DNA from: the human T2T-CHM13v2.0 reference genome, Homo sapiens
DNA: 64,000 nucleotides
Assembly: GCA_009914755.4 (NCBI GenBank)
Contig: CP086569.2
Span: 15,584,001-15,648,000, forward strand
Reading direction: 5' to 3'
The notes under the pieces: model-generated
What the model saw: only the letters and a program-made list of their open reading frames with translations
The model's database searches: none
Told to the model about the DNA's origin: nothing
In this document: one piece after another, positions 1 through 14,600 of the stretch
How positions within the stretch are numbered: the first letter of the stretch is position 1
Layout of the letters: every line of letters begins with the position of its first letter
Translations under genes and position numbers: made by a program

Positions 1-362
1 GAGAAAACCTAAAACCCTTGGGACAGCATAGAAGACTCCTTAATCTGCTCATGTCTCCCTTTTCCAGTGTTAGCTCCTTTTGCTTTCTTTTGTATACCTT
101 GTGCCCTTGCCCATTGAAACAAACAGCTCACAGTTCCCCGAGCATACCTGCCTTTCTACCTGCCTGGGAGCTGCCTTCTAATAGGCTGTATATAGGCTGT
201 ATCTTGATGACTTCCTCTCAACTCTCCCTCTGGAAAGGTCCCAGTCATTCATTTGTTAAGGCCCAGTGAAAATTTATTTCCCTTCACAAAATATTTTTAG
301 GTATACATATATATGCATATGTATGCTATCTGTCTATTAGATATATCTTCTTTTTGGCCTTT

Positions 363-671
363 ATTTTTTTATTTTTTTTATTTTTTTGCAATAGAGTTTC
401 AGTCTGACACCCAGGCTGGAGTGCAGTGTCATGATCACTGCAATCATGCAGCCTTGACTTCCTGGGCTCAAGCAATCCTCCCACCTTAGCCTTCCGAGTA
501 TCTGGGAATACAGGTGCATACCACCATGCCCAGCTAATTTTTATATTTTTTTGTGGAGACAGAGTCCCATTGTATTACACAGTATGGTATCAAATTTCTG
601 GGCTCAAGCAATCCTCCTGCATCATCCTCCTAAAGTGCTGGGATTACATGCCTGTGGCCACTGTGTCTGGC
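363..671 (-). mobile_element. Alu SINE (older subfamily), full length, minus orientation.
   Basis: It reads as the reverse complement of the Alu dimer (gagacagagtc...gcctcccaaagtgctgggattaca...) and is preceded by a T-rich tail. Confidence 0.8.
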
Positions 672-1494
672 ATTATCCTTGTTAATTTAATGCCTACCTC
701 ACTTGTCTTTTTCAAATAATACTTAATGAATGATTTCTGGATTGATACATCCATGAATGAAATGATAGTTTGCCAAAATACAGAATATTAGAGCCTTGGT
801 GTCACCTTGAGATTATTTAGATCAGAAAAGGGGATTTTTTTATATTAGAAGGTTATTCACTGTATTATTTTTAAAAAGTTTATTTATCTCAGGTGTGTTA
901 ATTGTTGAGAATGTAACAGAAAATAAGATATGAATGGTCTAAGTGTTTAGGCATTATAATAAAGTTGAAGAAATGAGAAGAAATCCCATGGTGTTTCTTC
1001 TCATGCATTGATAATAAAACTTCTTTATTGATTGCAACTGTACATTGGCAGCACCGCCCCAAAACTGGAAAATAAGATCAAATTCTCCTTTGTTCTTCTT
1101 TCATCACCTTGCATTTTTATTTTCTTGGGCTTATTGTTATGAGTTTGGTTTCTAGCTTTTACAGCATAAGAAAGAAGTGGAAATCAAGACGGAAAGAAGT
1201 TACTATAGTGAGAAGGTGTCATGTCCTGCAGGCCAGTCATCTCAGAGTCTGACTGCAACACCCATGACATAGGCCATTCTTTTTCTTGCCCACGACCCTT
1301 TCCAAACTAATATCACCAGACTTATATTCCTGTCCTCTTTATAAATGGGGGCTGTTGTCTAGCAGGCTAGCTTACCGGAAAAAGGACTTTCTCAGACGTG
1401 CTTTCTCATCCTGATGGTTTCCTTTACCAGAAGTGAGGCTGCAAGCTTCAGCATGCGTTTATAACAAAAAAGAGAGATTGACTTTTTTCATTTA

Positions 1495-2112
<618 letters not shown>

Positions 2113-3789
2113 CAAGTTATAAATTTTCACATAATCATAAACATGTGATGATGTGGATACTTCATTTTCACATTTAGGTCTTTAATACAGTGATACCTTC
2201 TCTTTGGGCAACAGTCATCTTCACTCTCTACTGTGTTGATAAAGTTTCCACTTTGCCCTTGAAGATTTTGTGGCTTAGGAGGAAACAATTAAAGGGATGT
2301 CCTTCAGCAGAACAGCCACCCTGTTTAGGAAGAAACTAATTATTGTGTGAAAGGGACAGGGTGATGTTATTGGGTAATGATAGTAAGAGATAAAACCAGT
2401 TCTCTTGAGCTGTTACTTAGATTCCATAACTGAGGCTGATTTTGCATCCTTGGCACTAGATGTTATTCAGCTGACAGCCATGGATTCCCAGGGGTTCCAA
2501 GAAACCCCCAAACTATCTGTCACCTTTATGAGTAGGTAAGAATGTATTTTTCTTGGAGAGGAGTATCTCCTCAAAGAAGTCTGTGATGTAGAAGAAAAGA
2601 TGAAAAATCTCTGCTTTGGATTCGGAATGTCAGGACTACTCACTTTGAACTTAAGGAGAATTTCTTCTTAGTATGTACGAGATTAAACCATATGGGGTTG
2701 CCATTTTCTTAGACCCATATAGTCATTTTCATATGGCTTTTATTTGGACAATAAGATCATTGTGTAGTCCTTTTTTCCTTTTTTCATCTCTCAAACTTTT
2801 TCTCCTCTTGGGCATATTGTTCCAGGTTTCCTTTGTGGTTTCTAGATCATAAGCATTCATGCAGTCACATTACATTCCCTCCTAAATTGTAAGCTCTCCA
2901 AAGAGAGGGGATATAGCTGCTTTATGTTCTCACCCAACTTTGAGTAGGGACAATAGCAGGAAACAGAAAGCATTTTCACAGAAAGGATGGAGTCCATTTG
3001 TGTCATATGGATCTTGTTTGAAACTTTACCTGTGTGGCCTGGGGTGAATTAATACAGCTGTCTTTAAAATCTAGAACTGAAACCTCAGCGGATTGCCATA
3101 AGGATTCCCAGAAGTTAGGAGCTCCTCAGTAAATATAAGTATCCTATTCTCTTGTGTAATGAAGCTGACCCACAGGATGATGCCAATTATATCCTTGGTA
3201 TTATAAGCATATGAACAACAGTTCATATTTATTGAGGCCTCACTATGTGTAAGACACAATTGTGTGCTTTGGGATATTTGCTCATACATGAAACAAATGT
3301 TTAAATAAAACAGCGTGCCCCACACTGGAGATGCAGCTGTCATTAGCATTGACACCTTCCCAGTATCATGGTGCCCATGTCTCCATGTGGGTTAATCTAA
3401 AGATAGGCTCAGGCATATTAAATTGGGAAGGTTGTCTTAGGATAATTCAAGCAGGATTAAGTCAATAGTGAATGAAGAGCTAGATTAAATGGGGAGTTTG
3501 GGACATGCATCTCTGCTAGATGAATTTGAGCAGGAAACATAGGCAAGACTTATCTGCTTTAGTTTTCACAGTAGGACCATGAGATTACACTACTGTTTAT
3601 TAACTCTATTACAGAGATGTGGAAACTGAGATTAGGATGATTGAATAACTCAGCCAGATTAGGAATAGGGCTGGTAGTCTTTAATGCAAGTCTCATGGGC
3701 TATGCTGCACATACTCTTAACAACTTGCTACCTTCATGGTAAAAGCGAAGAACCAACCCAATTCCCTTTGCCATTCCATTCTTGCTATA

Positions 3790-4171
3790 TTAGCCTATTT
3801 TCACACTTTTATAAAGAAATACCTAAGACTGGGTAATTTACAAAGGAAGAAGGTTTAACTGATTTACAGTTCCGCATGGCTTGGGAGGCCTCAGGAAACT
3901 TACAATCATGGCAGAAGGTGAAAGGGAAGAAAGGCACCTTCTTCACAAGGCAGCAGGAAGGAGAGAAGTGCTGAGGAAAGGAGGAAGAACCCCGTATACA
4001 ACCATCAGCTCTCATGAGAACTCACTCACTATCATGAGAACATTAGGGGGGAACTGCCCCCATGATCTAAACACCCCCCACAGGGACCCTCCCCCAACAC
4101 ATGGGGATTACAATTTGGATTACAATTCTAGATGACATTTGGGACAGGACATAGAGCCAGACCACATCACC
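3790..4171 (-). mobile_element. Solo LTR of the ERVL-MaLR group (MST/THE1-like).
   Basis: It reads as the reverse complement of the MaLR LTR consensus (gactgggtaatttacaaagg...gtttaactgatttacagttccgcatggcttgggaggcctcaggaaacttacaatcatggcagaagg...gggattacaattt...gagccagaccacatca). The six-frame ORFs here derive from the repeat. Confidence 0.7.
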
Positions 4172-5367
4172 TACCATTTAATTAGCTTACTCAACTATCC
4201 TGCAAACATTCCTTAGGGAGCAAAAGGGACACACTCATAAATGGTTTTAACGTATTTTAAAAGTTATCAATATTGTAGTTTAATCATAATTTTTAAAATG
4301 GTGCATCTCATGTCATTGGCTAGGATCAGCAGATTACATGCTGTATCTTGGGGTCAATAATTGCTGCAAGCACTTTATTGGAGTTGCTGTTAGTAGTCAT
4401 GCTGTCTACTTTGTCCTTTCTTCTCCCATTTCAACCAACCTGGCAGGGATTGACCTCAGTAGTGAGTTGCTAGACATCAGGAGAAGTCAGAAGTAAGTGG
4501 AAGAGGGCCTGCTGTCTAGAAGAACCTCCCCCCACCCGCCTGGCCCATTGCAGTGACAACACAGATGCATGGGAGTAGGTTAAATAATTCTTCTCTCATT
4601 GATCCATTCATTCATCTTTCATCCATGAATTAACTATTCATGACTGATTGTTGTTGACTCTGAGCATACCACAACAAAGAGGATGCACAAACTGTCCTGC
4701 TGTTACTTTAGTTATGGGGACAGAAGATAAAGCAGTGATCAAATGCATGAAGGACAGAATTTCTGATTGTGATCATAGTTTTGAGGGAAATGAAGCAGTG
4801 ATAACATCTAACGTGGGTTATGAGGATCTCTGAGATGGAGTGTCCAGGGCATGTCTTTTTGAGGGTGAGGAATTTAAGCATCCCAGACACAAGTTCTGAC
4901 CCAAACATTAGCCTTTTCATTGTGAGAAAGGGCCTCAGGAAATTTAATAAATGTAATGGTAGGAATTCACGATAACACTACAAGAAACCAAGCTTTGTTT
5001 GTGAATGGTGGGGTTAGAAGGGGTTTGTTGCTAGAAATCCCATTTGCAGGTTCTCAGGCTGGGGTTGAAGTAGAAGCAACAATCTCTTGTCTTTTGCCAA
5101 GCAAAGAACAGTCCCTGGTATCTGGCAAAAGAGAAGTATCTTCCTCTGAATCCTGGTGTTGGCCATAAGCCAAAGTTCTATATTAATTTTCCTTTTTGGT
5201 TGAGTTGGGAAGCAGTTGGATGATTAGCTAATTTTTGCTGAAATAGAAGGAAGGCAGATTAAAAATATAGAAAATAACTCCTATTTAATGATTAAAAAAT
5301 GAGATTAATCAGACAAAGTTGTAATGAAAGGTGAAATAATTTTGTTTTATAAAACTGTAAAATTTTA

Positions 5368-5641
5368 GGCTGGGCATGGTGGCTGACACCTGTAATCACT
5401 TTGGGAAGCTGAGGTGGGAGGATTGCTTTAGCCCAGGAGTTCAAGGCCAGCCTGGTCAATATAGGGAAACTACATCTCTACAAAAATTATAGAAATTAGC
5501 CAAGCATCATGGTATGTGCCTATGGTCCCAGCTACTAGTTAGTCTGTGGCAAGTAGAATTGCTTGACCCTGAGAGATCAAGGGTACAGTGTACTCTGTCC
5601 TGGTTGATAGAGTGAGACCCTGTCACACATACACAAAAAAA
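5368..5641 (+). mobile_element. Alu SINE (diverged, AluJ/S-like) with a short A tail.
   Basis: Sequence runs ggctgggcatggtggctgacacctgtaatc...gagaccctgtcacacatacacaaaaaaa. Confidence 0.8.
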
Positions 5642-6941
5642 CTATAAAATTTTCATATGTAATAATATTGAAGCTAAAGTGGAAAATGTCATAAAATATA
5701 TTTTAATCCTATGGTATAAATTTCTCTCTGTTCATTAGTTACAAAAATTTGAGCATAAACACTTTCAAATACAAACCTGTGCAAATGTCATAGATGGCAG
5801 GTGGTATATCACTTTATATATTTAAGCTGTATGTGGGAATAAAAGGATAAAAATAAAAGTTAAATTTAAAATTCTAATGAAGGAACATATTAGAACTACA
5901 TTATGGAGGACTTTGTTCATTTATGGTCTGAGCACAGATGATGCTAAACATGGGTTGTCAACTTCAGTTGGCATCCATTTAAAATGAACACACTAAACAC
6001 CTTGAGAAGAAACTGCATGAAAAGTAAAGAGCATTATCCAAGTGAACTTCATATCTCATCATTTGCCTGTGTTTATATATTAATAAATACCTACGTAATT
6101 GGTTTAATTAATCAGTATTTTATTTTGGTGTTGAAATAATGAGTGGCTGAGCATGCCAGATGTATTCATCTGATACATTCTTCCAGTCACAGGGTAGGCT
6201 GCATTAGGTGGTAATGCTTTACCCTGAATTCATCTGTAAGTTATGAAGGGAAGTCCATAACTCTGATCTCAGAGCATTTATTCCATTGTTGATAAGCCAA
6301 GCTGTTGCTCTCACTTAGTTGTTAAGGAACAAGGCTAACTGGACCTTGATATGTAAAGTATGTAAAATGTGTCCTTTCACGAAACTCTGAAACAAACAAT
6401 GAGAACAACCAGAAAAAAATGCTAGAGTCATACAAAAGCTGTCTCTATTTTTTAGTGATCATTCCTCAAGCTCTTGTCAGCCACTGAGTGACCATAGATG
6501 GATTTGCAGTTGTTGCCAGTGTGGCTGATTTTGATAGGACTAACATAGGACCAGTGTAGGGAGCTATTTATTAAGATGTTTTTGTTAGTCAGTGTTTACA
6601 TTTTGGGTGTTCTCTGATAACATACATTAATTCCTATTGCAGTATTTAATAAAGTGTAACTGTGCCTGTTCCACATGTCTAAACATATTCAAATATGGAG
6701 ACTTTGTTTTGGTCTCTATTGCAGATACTAAATATCATATTGTAATTAGAGCTATACAGAGATTTAGCATGTAAGACTGGCAAGTCTTAGAGGCTAGCTT
6801 TTGTGATTCAGTAAGAAGGTGGTGATTGGAGTGAACAAATCACGTGGGGCACAATTTTGTGTTTCTGGCTTGAGTGACCAGTACTTTCCTCTTCCCTGCC
6901 TCAGTGCAATTTCACATTGTCTTCATTTTGTGAGATCACCC

Positions 6942-7397
6942 TGTGTCTTAGCCCATTTAGTTTTGCAATTAAGGAATCTCTGAGACTGGGCAACATACAG
7001 AGAAAAGAGGTTTATTTGGCTTATGGTTCTGCAGGCTGTACATCAATCATGGCATCAGGATCTGCTTCAAGGGTACAGATCCTAGTGAGGGCATCAGAAA
7101 GCTTGCACTCACGGTGGAAGGTGAAGAGGAGCTGGTGTATGCAGAGATTACATGTCAAGAGAAGAAGCAAGAGAATGGGGGGAAGTATGTGCTAGGCTCT
7201 TTTAAACAATCAGCTTTGGGGGGAATGAAAAGAGCAATAATTCAGGTAATTCAGCAATTACCTCAAGGAGAGCATCAAGGTGCTCATGAGGCATCCACCT
7301 CTGTGACCCAAACACCTACCAACCAGGCTTCACCTACAACATTAGGAATCAAATGTCAACCTGACACTTGGAGAGGACAAACATCCAAACTCTAGCA
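6942..7397 (-). mobile_element. Solo LTR of the ERVL-MaLR group (MST/MLT-like).
   Basis: It begins tgtgtcttagcccatttagttttgcaattaaggaatctctgagactgggcaacatacagagaaaagaggtttatttggcttatggttctgcaggctgtaca and ends ...ggagaggacaaacatccaaactctagca. Both ends match the stereotyped MaLR LTR termini read in reverse. Confidence 0.6.
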
Positions 7398-8029
7398 CTC
7401 TGTCTCCTTAGGTACATCTTTAATCTTCAGTGACTTACCTTCAGTGACTAAGTTCTCTTTGGAAAATGCAAATGTAGTCATGTTTCTTTTTTGCTTGTAA
7501 TGTCTTACTGATTTCCTGTTCTTTATAGCTTCATGTTGCATCTTCATCAGTTGGTGAACCAGTTGATGAAGACAAGATCAGCATCCTGAAGTATCTTCTA
7601 CACTTTACTTCAAGATTCTCAGAATGCATGTTAACTTTACTGCACAGTGCTGTTTGCCCTGGTCTGGTGTATCTCTGTTAACCCCAGTGCACTTTTCTCT
7701 GATCTTCCTAAGGCTCTTACCTTCTTAGTTCCTACGGCAGTATTTAATAAAGTGTAACTAGTGCCTGTTCCACCTTGTCATTAGTCGTTTCTGGGACTAT
7801 CTTGCCTATATGAGTATGGGCTACTGTGGGCAAGTACAATGCCTGGCATGCAGCAAGCTCTCTATTAATGATTGTTTGGCTGCTAGAGTTCTCTTTGCTG
7901 TTTTCACATCCATTCTTTTGTCATCCTCTTTTCCCTAGTCGTCTTTCCCTGTACCTTTGCCCTTGTTTCTCCATGAATCAATATAAATAGTATAAGCTTT
8001 GTGCAAAACAGACCTTCACGCTTGTCTTA

Positions 8030-8345
8030 TGTCTTCATTGCTTTCTTCTGCATACTAAAAGGCCATTACCTTCCTCTCTCTGACTCTCAATTTCCTAATC
8101 TGTATAATTTTGATAGTTATCTCCCCTGTCTGCTATTTCTGACGTTGGCGTGAACACGAATATGCGAAGTACCAGACTTTCACTCCTGTCTCATGATTGC
8201 ATTGCCTTCTTCTGCATACTAAAAGGCCATTACCTTCCCTCTATGAGTCTCAATTTCCTCATCTGTATACTTTTGATAGTTGTTTCTACTGTCTGCCATT
8301 GCTGTGACAATGGCACAACTCAGATATGCAAAGTACCTTTGGGCT
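8030..8345. repeat. Local tandem duplication, two copies of a roughly 168-bp unit at about 85% identity.
   Basis: The motif ttgc(tt/at)ttcttctgcatactaaaaggccattaccttcc...ctcaatttcct(a/c)atctgtata(a/c)ttttgatagtt...ctgtctgc(t/c)att(t/g)ctg...tatgc(g/a)aagtacc occurs at about 8032 and again at about 8200. Confidence 0.7.
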
Positions 8346-9610
8346 AAATGTGAACAAAACCTTCAACCTGCTGCATGATAATCTCACCTTTGCTTGACTG
8401 GCTAGCTCTGTTTTCTTGGTAGTTGGATGAAGAACATGCCAACAATGTTATGGACAATATTGCTTACAATATAGATGATCCCCTATTGGTAAATAGCATC
8501 ATGGCCAGGAAAAACCATAAAGACTTGAAAGAACCTAGTGGGAATACCACCCCACCTCAGGCTTCCTGGAGGGCAAGTTTTGGAGTCACTTTGCAGCTGC
8601 TATGTTCACTCTAGGGACAATGGAAACTCTGCTCATGGAGTATTTACAGGGAATATTGGCTGCTGTGAAGGCTGGGACTTCAATGCCAAGGAATACCCAA
8701 CTCCTGTGGATATGGACCTTATAGAGATCTTTGCATCTCAGCTAACCTTTGTGGAGTAGATGGTTCCCACATGCCAGCTGCAGCCTTCCTGATGAGCTGA
8801 GGGTCTTGTCTATATTGTTTTGAGTTGGTTGGCACCATGTTGACTTTGAGGAGTCTTGTTATTCTGCATGTTTAGTGTAACCTAAGAAGATCCTTACTGA
8901 ATATTAAAGAGCAAAGACAAGTGTCCCTCTAACAGAATACTGGCTAAACAATTGGTATTCTCTCTGATGCTTCTTACCTGCTTGAAAGCTCTTTTCTTTC
9001 ATCCTTCATAGTCACTTCTTACATCTGACACAACCTTCAGCTTTGCATTATTCCTTCATTATCTTTGTTTGCCCCACATTTCTTAAAAACATAGTTTTTA
9101 AATTGTGACCAAATGTACATGACATAAAATGTACCATTTTTATATGTACAGTTGAGGGGTATTAAGTGCATTCACATGGTTTTGCAAATGTACCTTTTTT
9201 TGGTCATCCTGTGTCCTTATTGTACTCTTTCCTGGTTTATGATGCAGTGTCTTATATATGATGTAATAAATGTCCCCTGGGTATCTCAGCCTTGTATACT
9301 CTGGTCTTCTGTTATATCATGTACACCTTGAGGGTAGAGATTGTGCCCTACTAATCTTCCTCCTTCATCACATGAAATATTGTCTCTGCACAGTAAATAT
9401 TCTTCAGTCTCCTTTCTGTCATGTTTTTCTGTATACCATGACACTTATTTGCCAAGGATCACTTTGACCCTCTAGGCAAAATTTCACCATTGGTAACAAT
9501 GCTAAAGTTCACATAAATCTTAAGTTGAATCTGAATTTTAAATATTTGAATATGTTTTGAGTCCCAAATTTGTCCAAAGCATAGCCACAGTGCCCAGCTA
9601 TTTATTTTCT

Positions 9611-9742
9611 GAATTTTTTTTTGGTAGAGATTGGGTCTTGCTATGTTCCCAAGGCTGGTCTGGAACTCCTAGGTTCAAGCAACCCTCCCTCCTTGACCTC
9701 TCAAAGTATTAGGATCACAGATATGAGCCACCATACATGGCC
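9611..9742 (-). mobile_element. Free left Alu monomer (FLAM-like), or a 3'-truncated Alu with its own T-rich tail.
   Basis: It reads as the reverse complement of the Alu left monomer (...ctcaaagtattaggatcacagatatgagccaccatacatggcc) and is preceded by poly-T. Confidence 0.6.
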
Positions 9743-10029
9743 AAAGTTTCATATTATTTTAGAAGGTGATGAGTGTTCTGAAGTGAACTAGAGAAGGATA
9801 CGTGTTATCAGAGTTGCTGAGGAAGTTGCAGTACTTTAAGTAGGGTGATCAGTGACAACATCAATGAAAACAGAATGTGGCAGTCGAGAATTTAAAGAGT
9901 TAAGGGAAGAAGCCACGATGATATATGAGAAGGATGTTCCAGGCAGAGGGAAGAGCCAGTGCCAAGGCCCTGGGGTGGGAACATCCCTGTTCTCTTTAGC
10001 ACAGAGCAGTGTAATTGTCTGCTCTCATG

Positions 10030-10375
10030 CTGCCAGTAAAGGTATACCCAAGACTGTGTCACTTATAAAGGAGAGGTTTAATAGTCTCACTGCTCTACAT
10101 GGCTAGGGAAGCCTCACAATCATAGTGGAAGGCAAGGAGAAGCAAAGTCATGTCTTACATGGATGGCGGCAGGCAAGAGAGAGCATGTGCAGGGGAACTT
10201 TCCTCTATAAAACCATCAGATCTTATGAGACTTACTCACTGTCATGAGAACAGTATAGGAAATATCCATCCCCATGATTCTGTTACCTCCCATTACTTCC
10301 TTCCCACAATTATGGGAGCTACAATTCAATATGAGATTTGGGTGGGGACACAGCCAAACCATATCAAGCAGTAAG
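10030..10375 (-). mobile_element. THE1-family (ERVL-MaLR) solo LTR.
   Basis: Reverse complement of the THE1 consensus: ...tataaaaccatcagatcttatgagacttactcactgtcatgagaacag...gggagctacaattcaatatgagatttgggtggggacacagccaaaccatatca. Confidence 0.75.
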
Positions 10376-11464
10376 ATACCTGTTGCCAGAAAAGAGTGAA
10401 TAGTAGGTATCAGAGTAGAGCAACACTATTGAGATATTTGTAATTCTGAGAACCAGGAAGAACAAATGGAAAGATTTCACCTGATAAATCATGTGTCAGA
10501 GTGTGTTTTAAAGCAGGACTTTGCTTAGCTGAGGCTTACCTGTCAGGGCAAGGATGGGATGAGGGAAACCAGTTAGAATACTGATGCAAGAGTCAAGATG
10601 AAAACCTACAACTGGAAACTGAGGAGAAGTGGCTCGGTTTTTTAACACATTTGAAATAAAATTTGCTCATGATTTGGATGTGGAGTGTGGGAGATGGAAG
10701 GAAGTCCAGAGTTTTTGGCCTAAACACTGGAGAAGGTAGAGGTGATCACAGGTGACATTGGAGGATGAGCTGGCAGAGATATTCTTCAGACATTATTAGA
10801 TTTGAATGTTTGAGTTTGAAAAGTCTATGAGACATCAAACATAATATATCGCATAAGGACATGTATGACAAAGTCTGAAGTTCAAGAGAGAAATCTGTGC
10901 TGAAGAGAAAAAATATCAGCCTAGATAGTGTCGATGGTATCTAAAGTTATGAGGCTGAATGAAATTATCAAGAGAGTTCTGTGGACAGAGAAGGCAAAGG
11001 GCAAAAGACCAAGGCTGGAGTGACTGGTAGTCATAGGAGGACCTGGAATGGAAATGAAAATAATTGTATACAGTGTAAAAGAATATCTGGTAACATTGAA
11101 GTCAATGGTTGAAAAAGGCATTTCAGTGAGACAGAGGTAGTCAACTAGGTGTAATTCAAATAAGTCTCAAATGAGCATCTATTGCTAAGATTTCCACTAC
11201 AGAGGCAACCAAAAAGTGTCATCATGCTTTTGTCTGTCTGATTGTGGCAGCTGAGATTGAATAGAGGTAGGAAGAGGTGAAAAAAGAATGAGGAAAATAG
11301 AAGACATAGCAATGCAAATGTCATTGTTGACCTTTACTGGAAAAGTAATAATTTTAGTGGAGTTTGGGGGTAAAAGCACAATTGGAGCAGCTTTCAGAGA
11401 GAATAAGGTCAATAAAATTGGGATCAATATGGATAAATATTTTCAAGGATATTTTCAGAAAAGG

Positions 11465-11690
11465 AGGCATATATATTAAATATAATATTATATCATATAT
11501 AATATATATGATAGGAGGTAACTGAATCATGGGGATGGAGTTTTCCCATGCTGTTCTTGTGATAGTAAGTCTCATAAGATATTGTATTATATATTATATA
11601 TTAATATCAATTAGTTAATATTAACATTAATATTATATTATATATAATTATATATAATGTTTGTGTATTTCAGATGAGAAAATTGTTTTA
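11465..11690. repeat. AT-rich low-complexity tract, (TA)n and (ATATAAT)-like. A roughly 75-bp THE1 LTR fragment is embedded at about 11505-11580.
   Basis: Runs of atatat and taatat. The internal piece ggaggtaactgaatcatggggatggagttttcccatgctgttcttgtgatagtaagtctcataagat matches THE1 positions around 90-165. Confidence 0.7.
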
Positions 11691-14600
11691 TCGCTTTTAA
11701 GGTGGGGAATCTAACCACATGTCTGTGTGCTGTAGGGTTGTAAAGTTTATTTCTCACTCATGTTCAAGGTTCACTAAGGGTTGACTGTGGCTGTTTCTGT
11801 GTCTTCTTAATTCTGGGACTCAGGCTGATATAGAAGACTCATTTCTTATTATTATTTTGGCAAAGGGCAAAAATGTGCATAACCGCATTTTTATCTCTTA
11901 AGGTCCTCACTTGCAAGTAGCCCTTTTAATTTCTGTTCATCTTTCACTAGCCAAAGCAAGTCAAATAGCTATAACTGAAGTTCTAAACTGAGTTAGTGTA
12001 ATTCTTTCCAGTTAGGGGCAGGGCAATATTGAAAGAGTGTATTTGTCCCTGTGAGAGGGGAGGAAATTTCTTTATACAATAATACAACATACAAGAGGAA
12101 AGCAATTCTGATGATGTAGCAAGAGAGGAGTATTTTGTTGTTGGATTGTGGGGAGTCGATAGAATTTGAAGAGTAAGAGTCAGCTTTAGATATGATTTAT
12201 TTCATTCCTCTCTTATGAAAAGAGGGGGCACAGAAGATGGGAATGTTATTGTCACATGGGTAAATGGGTTGGTGGTGGTTTGTGTATGTTTTCTTCAGAT
12301 TGTTAGAATTTTTTCGGTGTAGTAAGAAGCCAGGTCATACGCTAACAGGGAAGACGGAGCAGGAAGGATTGGGGATTAGACGAGGGAGAAGAAGGTGCCA
12401 ACTATTTAGCAGAGCCTTTGAGAGAATTCATCAGAGAAGTTTATTATTCCAGGCATCTCCATGAGCCTACTGGAGGTTTGTGGTCCTGAGTTTAACATGA
12501 GACAAGTCAGCATGATTGAATATCTTTTTTCACCTGGCTAATTGGCAAAGGCGTAGCCACTGCATGCTGGGTGGAGAGGTAGATTTCACCAGGTTTGGTG
12601 TTGTGCCAAGGAAGAGTCAAAAATTAAGACTGGATTAGAACTGAAGGTGTCTGAAGGATGGTGGATCTGATATGACTCCACAACTCTAAGAAATGAAGAT
12701 CCAGTGCCACCATCCCCATCATGGAAATGACAAATGAATCAAACAAAATCATTTATCACTTTGTACAAGATTCGGAGGGCTTGTGTGTCTATGATCTCAG
12801 GCCTCAGAAAGAGTAAATTGGTTATTTTTTTCTCACATAACTCTGTGTGTGTGCATTAGTACAATTTTTTATTTTTGCCCTAGAATGTAAACATAAATTT
12901 GTCAAATTAAAGCAGTAAATTGGAAAAAAAATATACAGTTTTGTATTATCTGTAGAAAAAATGTTACCACAGCTATGTAGACTATGAAAATGGAAAAATT
13001 TATTATGTATTTAATTTTTACCCAAGAGCAGTAAAATGAAGACACCTATATAATTAGGCAGGTGACTGTTAAAATATTTGATTTTTTGTTGAAATTCCTT
13101 GGCTCAGAAAACAGGTTTCATGCCATGCTGAAAAATTACTTAGTTTGATGAAAAAGTGAACAAGACATGACAGTGAAATCATATAATGTTCAGACAGGAA
13201 ATAGCAAAAGTCTATTTTTTCAATAACTGGCTGGAGTAAGTTGTCCTCATTTTGGGTCAAGATCTTATTTTGGTGTCTCAGCTGAAGATACCCTCTTCAC
13301 AACCTATTAGGTATTGTGACATTGATTAAGTATTATCAAGCAGAAAGTATTTGTAGGAAATTCTTTGTACTGGGTAGGTAAGGCAATCGCTACCACAGGG
13401 GCATAGATTTTGAAACATTTCAGGAGGATCCAAAGTCTTACTGAGAAACCTAAGGCAGTCAGCAATTAGAGGATAAGATAATGGATGATTAACTACTACT
13501 GTGTGTGGGGTAGACAATTAGAGAACAATGCAACACACATGTTTTAAGGTGCTGATCATGAGTTTGAACAATGGTGAAAAATGGAAGAAAACATCACTGG
13601 CATGGGCTGACGCTGTCAGGGGTGGTGTGTTTTCTCATGTGCTGTTATCCTCTCATCAGTGTTGAGTTGGATAGTATTCCCAGGAATGGCTGCTTGGCTT
13701 CACTTCTCTTAACAGAGAATTGCTCTACCCCATAAATCTGCAGACACACCTGGATCTTGAATTTCCATTTTACTCTGGAAGATGTACAGCTGCAAACAAA
13801 ATCAAATCACATTTAGCGCCTTTCTGGAACTTCCCCAAGTACTCAGTAGTCATTCTAGCTCACATCTTAAGTCCCCTAGGGTTCAATAAGTATACTAAAT
13901 GCATATTTGAACCATTTCCAAAATCTAATTCACTTTGATCAACAGTTGTTTCCTATGAATTTGCTGTGTTTTCTTCAATATAGAATACTTTCTGTGATTA
14001 ATCTTTCAGTAGACCCAAGGTGAGGTAGATTACATTAAATTCTAAATCATGAATGATTCATTCTTTTACTGAAAGTAAACACATCTATCATATTGACTCC
14101 ATATCATATTCTGTTGTATATCCTCACTTAGATGTCTTTATTATTTTTTAGACAGCTTATATGATTGTTTAGAGCTTCAGGCAGTTTACATAGACAAAAT
14201 ATCTGAATAAAAGTACAATGATCATATTTTATTTTGTCAGTTTAAAATGATGTTTAATGATTTTAATGCCAGAGAAAACGTGTGTGTGTGCATGTATGTG
14301 CAAACATATTTTAAAGTAATGGTTTACTGAGAGGATTTTTTTTCTCTTTGTATGACTAAGATATCTGAAATTCTGCCAAAAGTTGTTGAAATACGCCCTT
14401 CTTAAAATGTCAATATGTCTATAACATATTTTTATGATATTTCAGTATTAGATATGTTCATTACCCCATGTACTAATTAGGTCTTATCTTGTGATGATGA
14501 GTCATTAGACCTATTATATTGAAAATATTTTTAGGTAGAAATTTATATAGTCTCTGAGTAAAATCTTATGTTGAGTATGTGGGTAAGTTGCCTTGGGATC

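Noticed and set aside
3881-4135. ORFs of 84 and 68 aa on opposite strands.
   Set aside because: Both lie entirely within a MaLR solo LTR and are repeat-derived.
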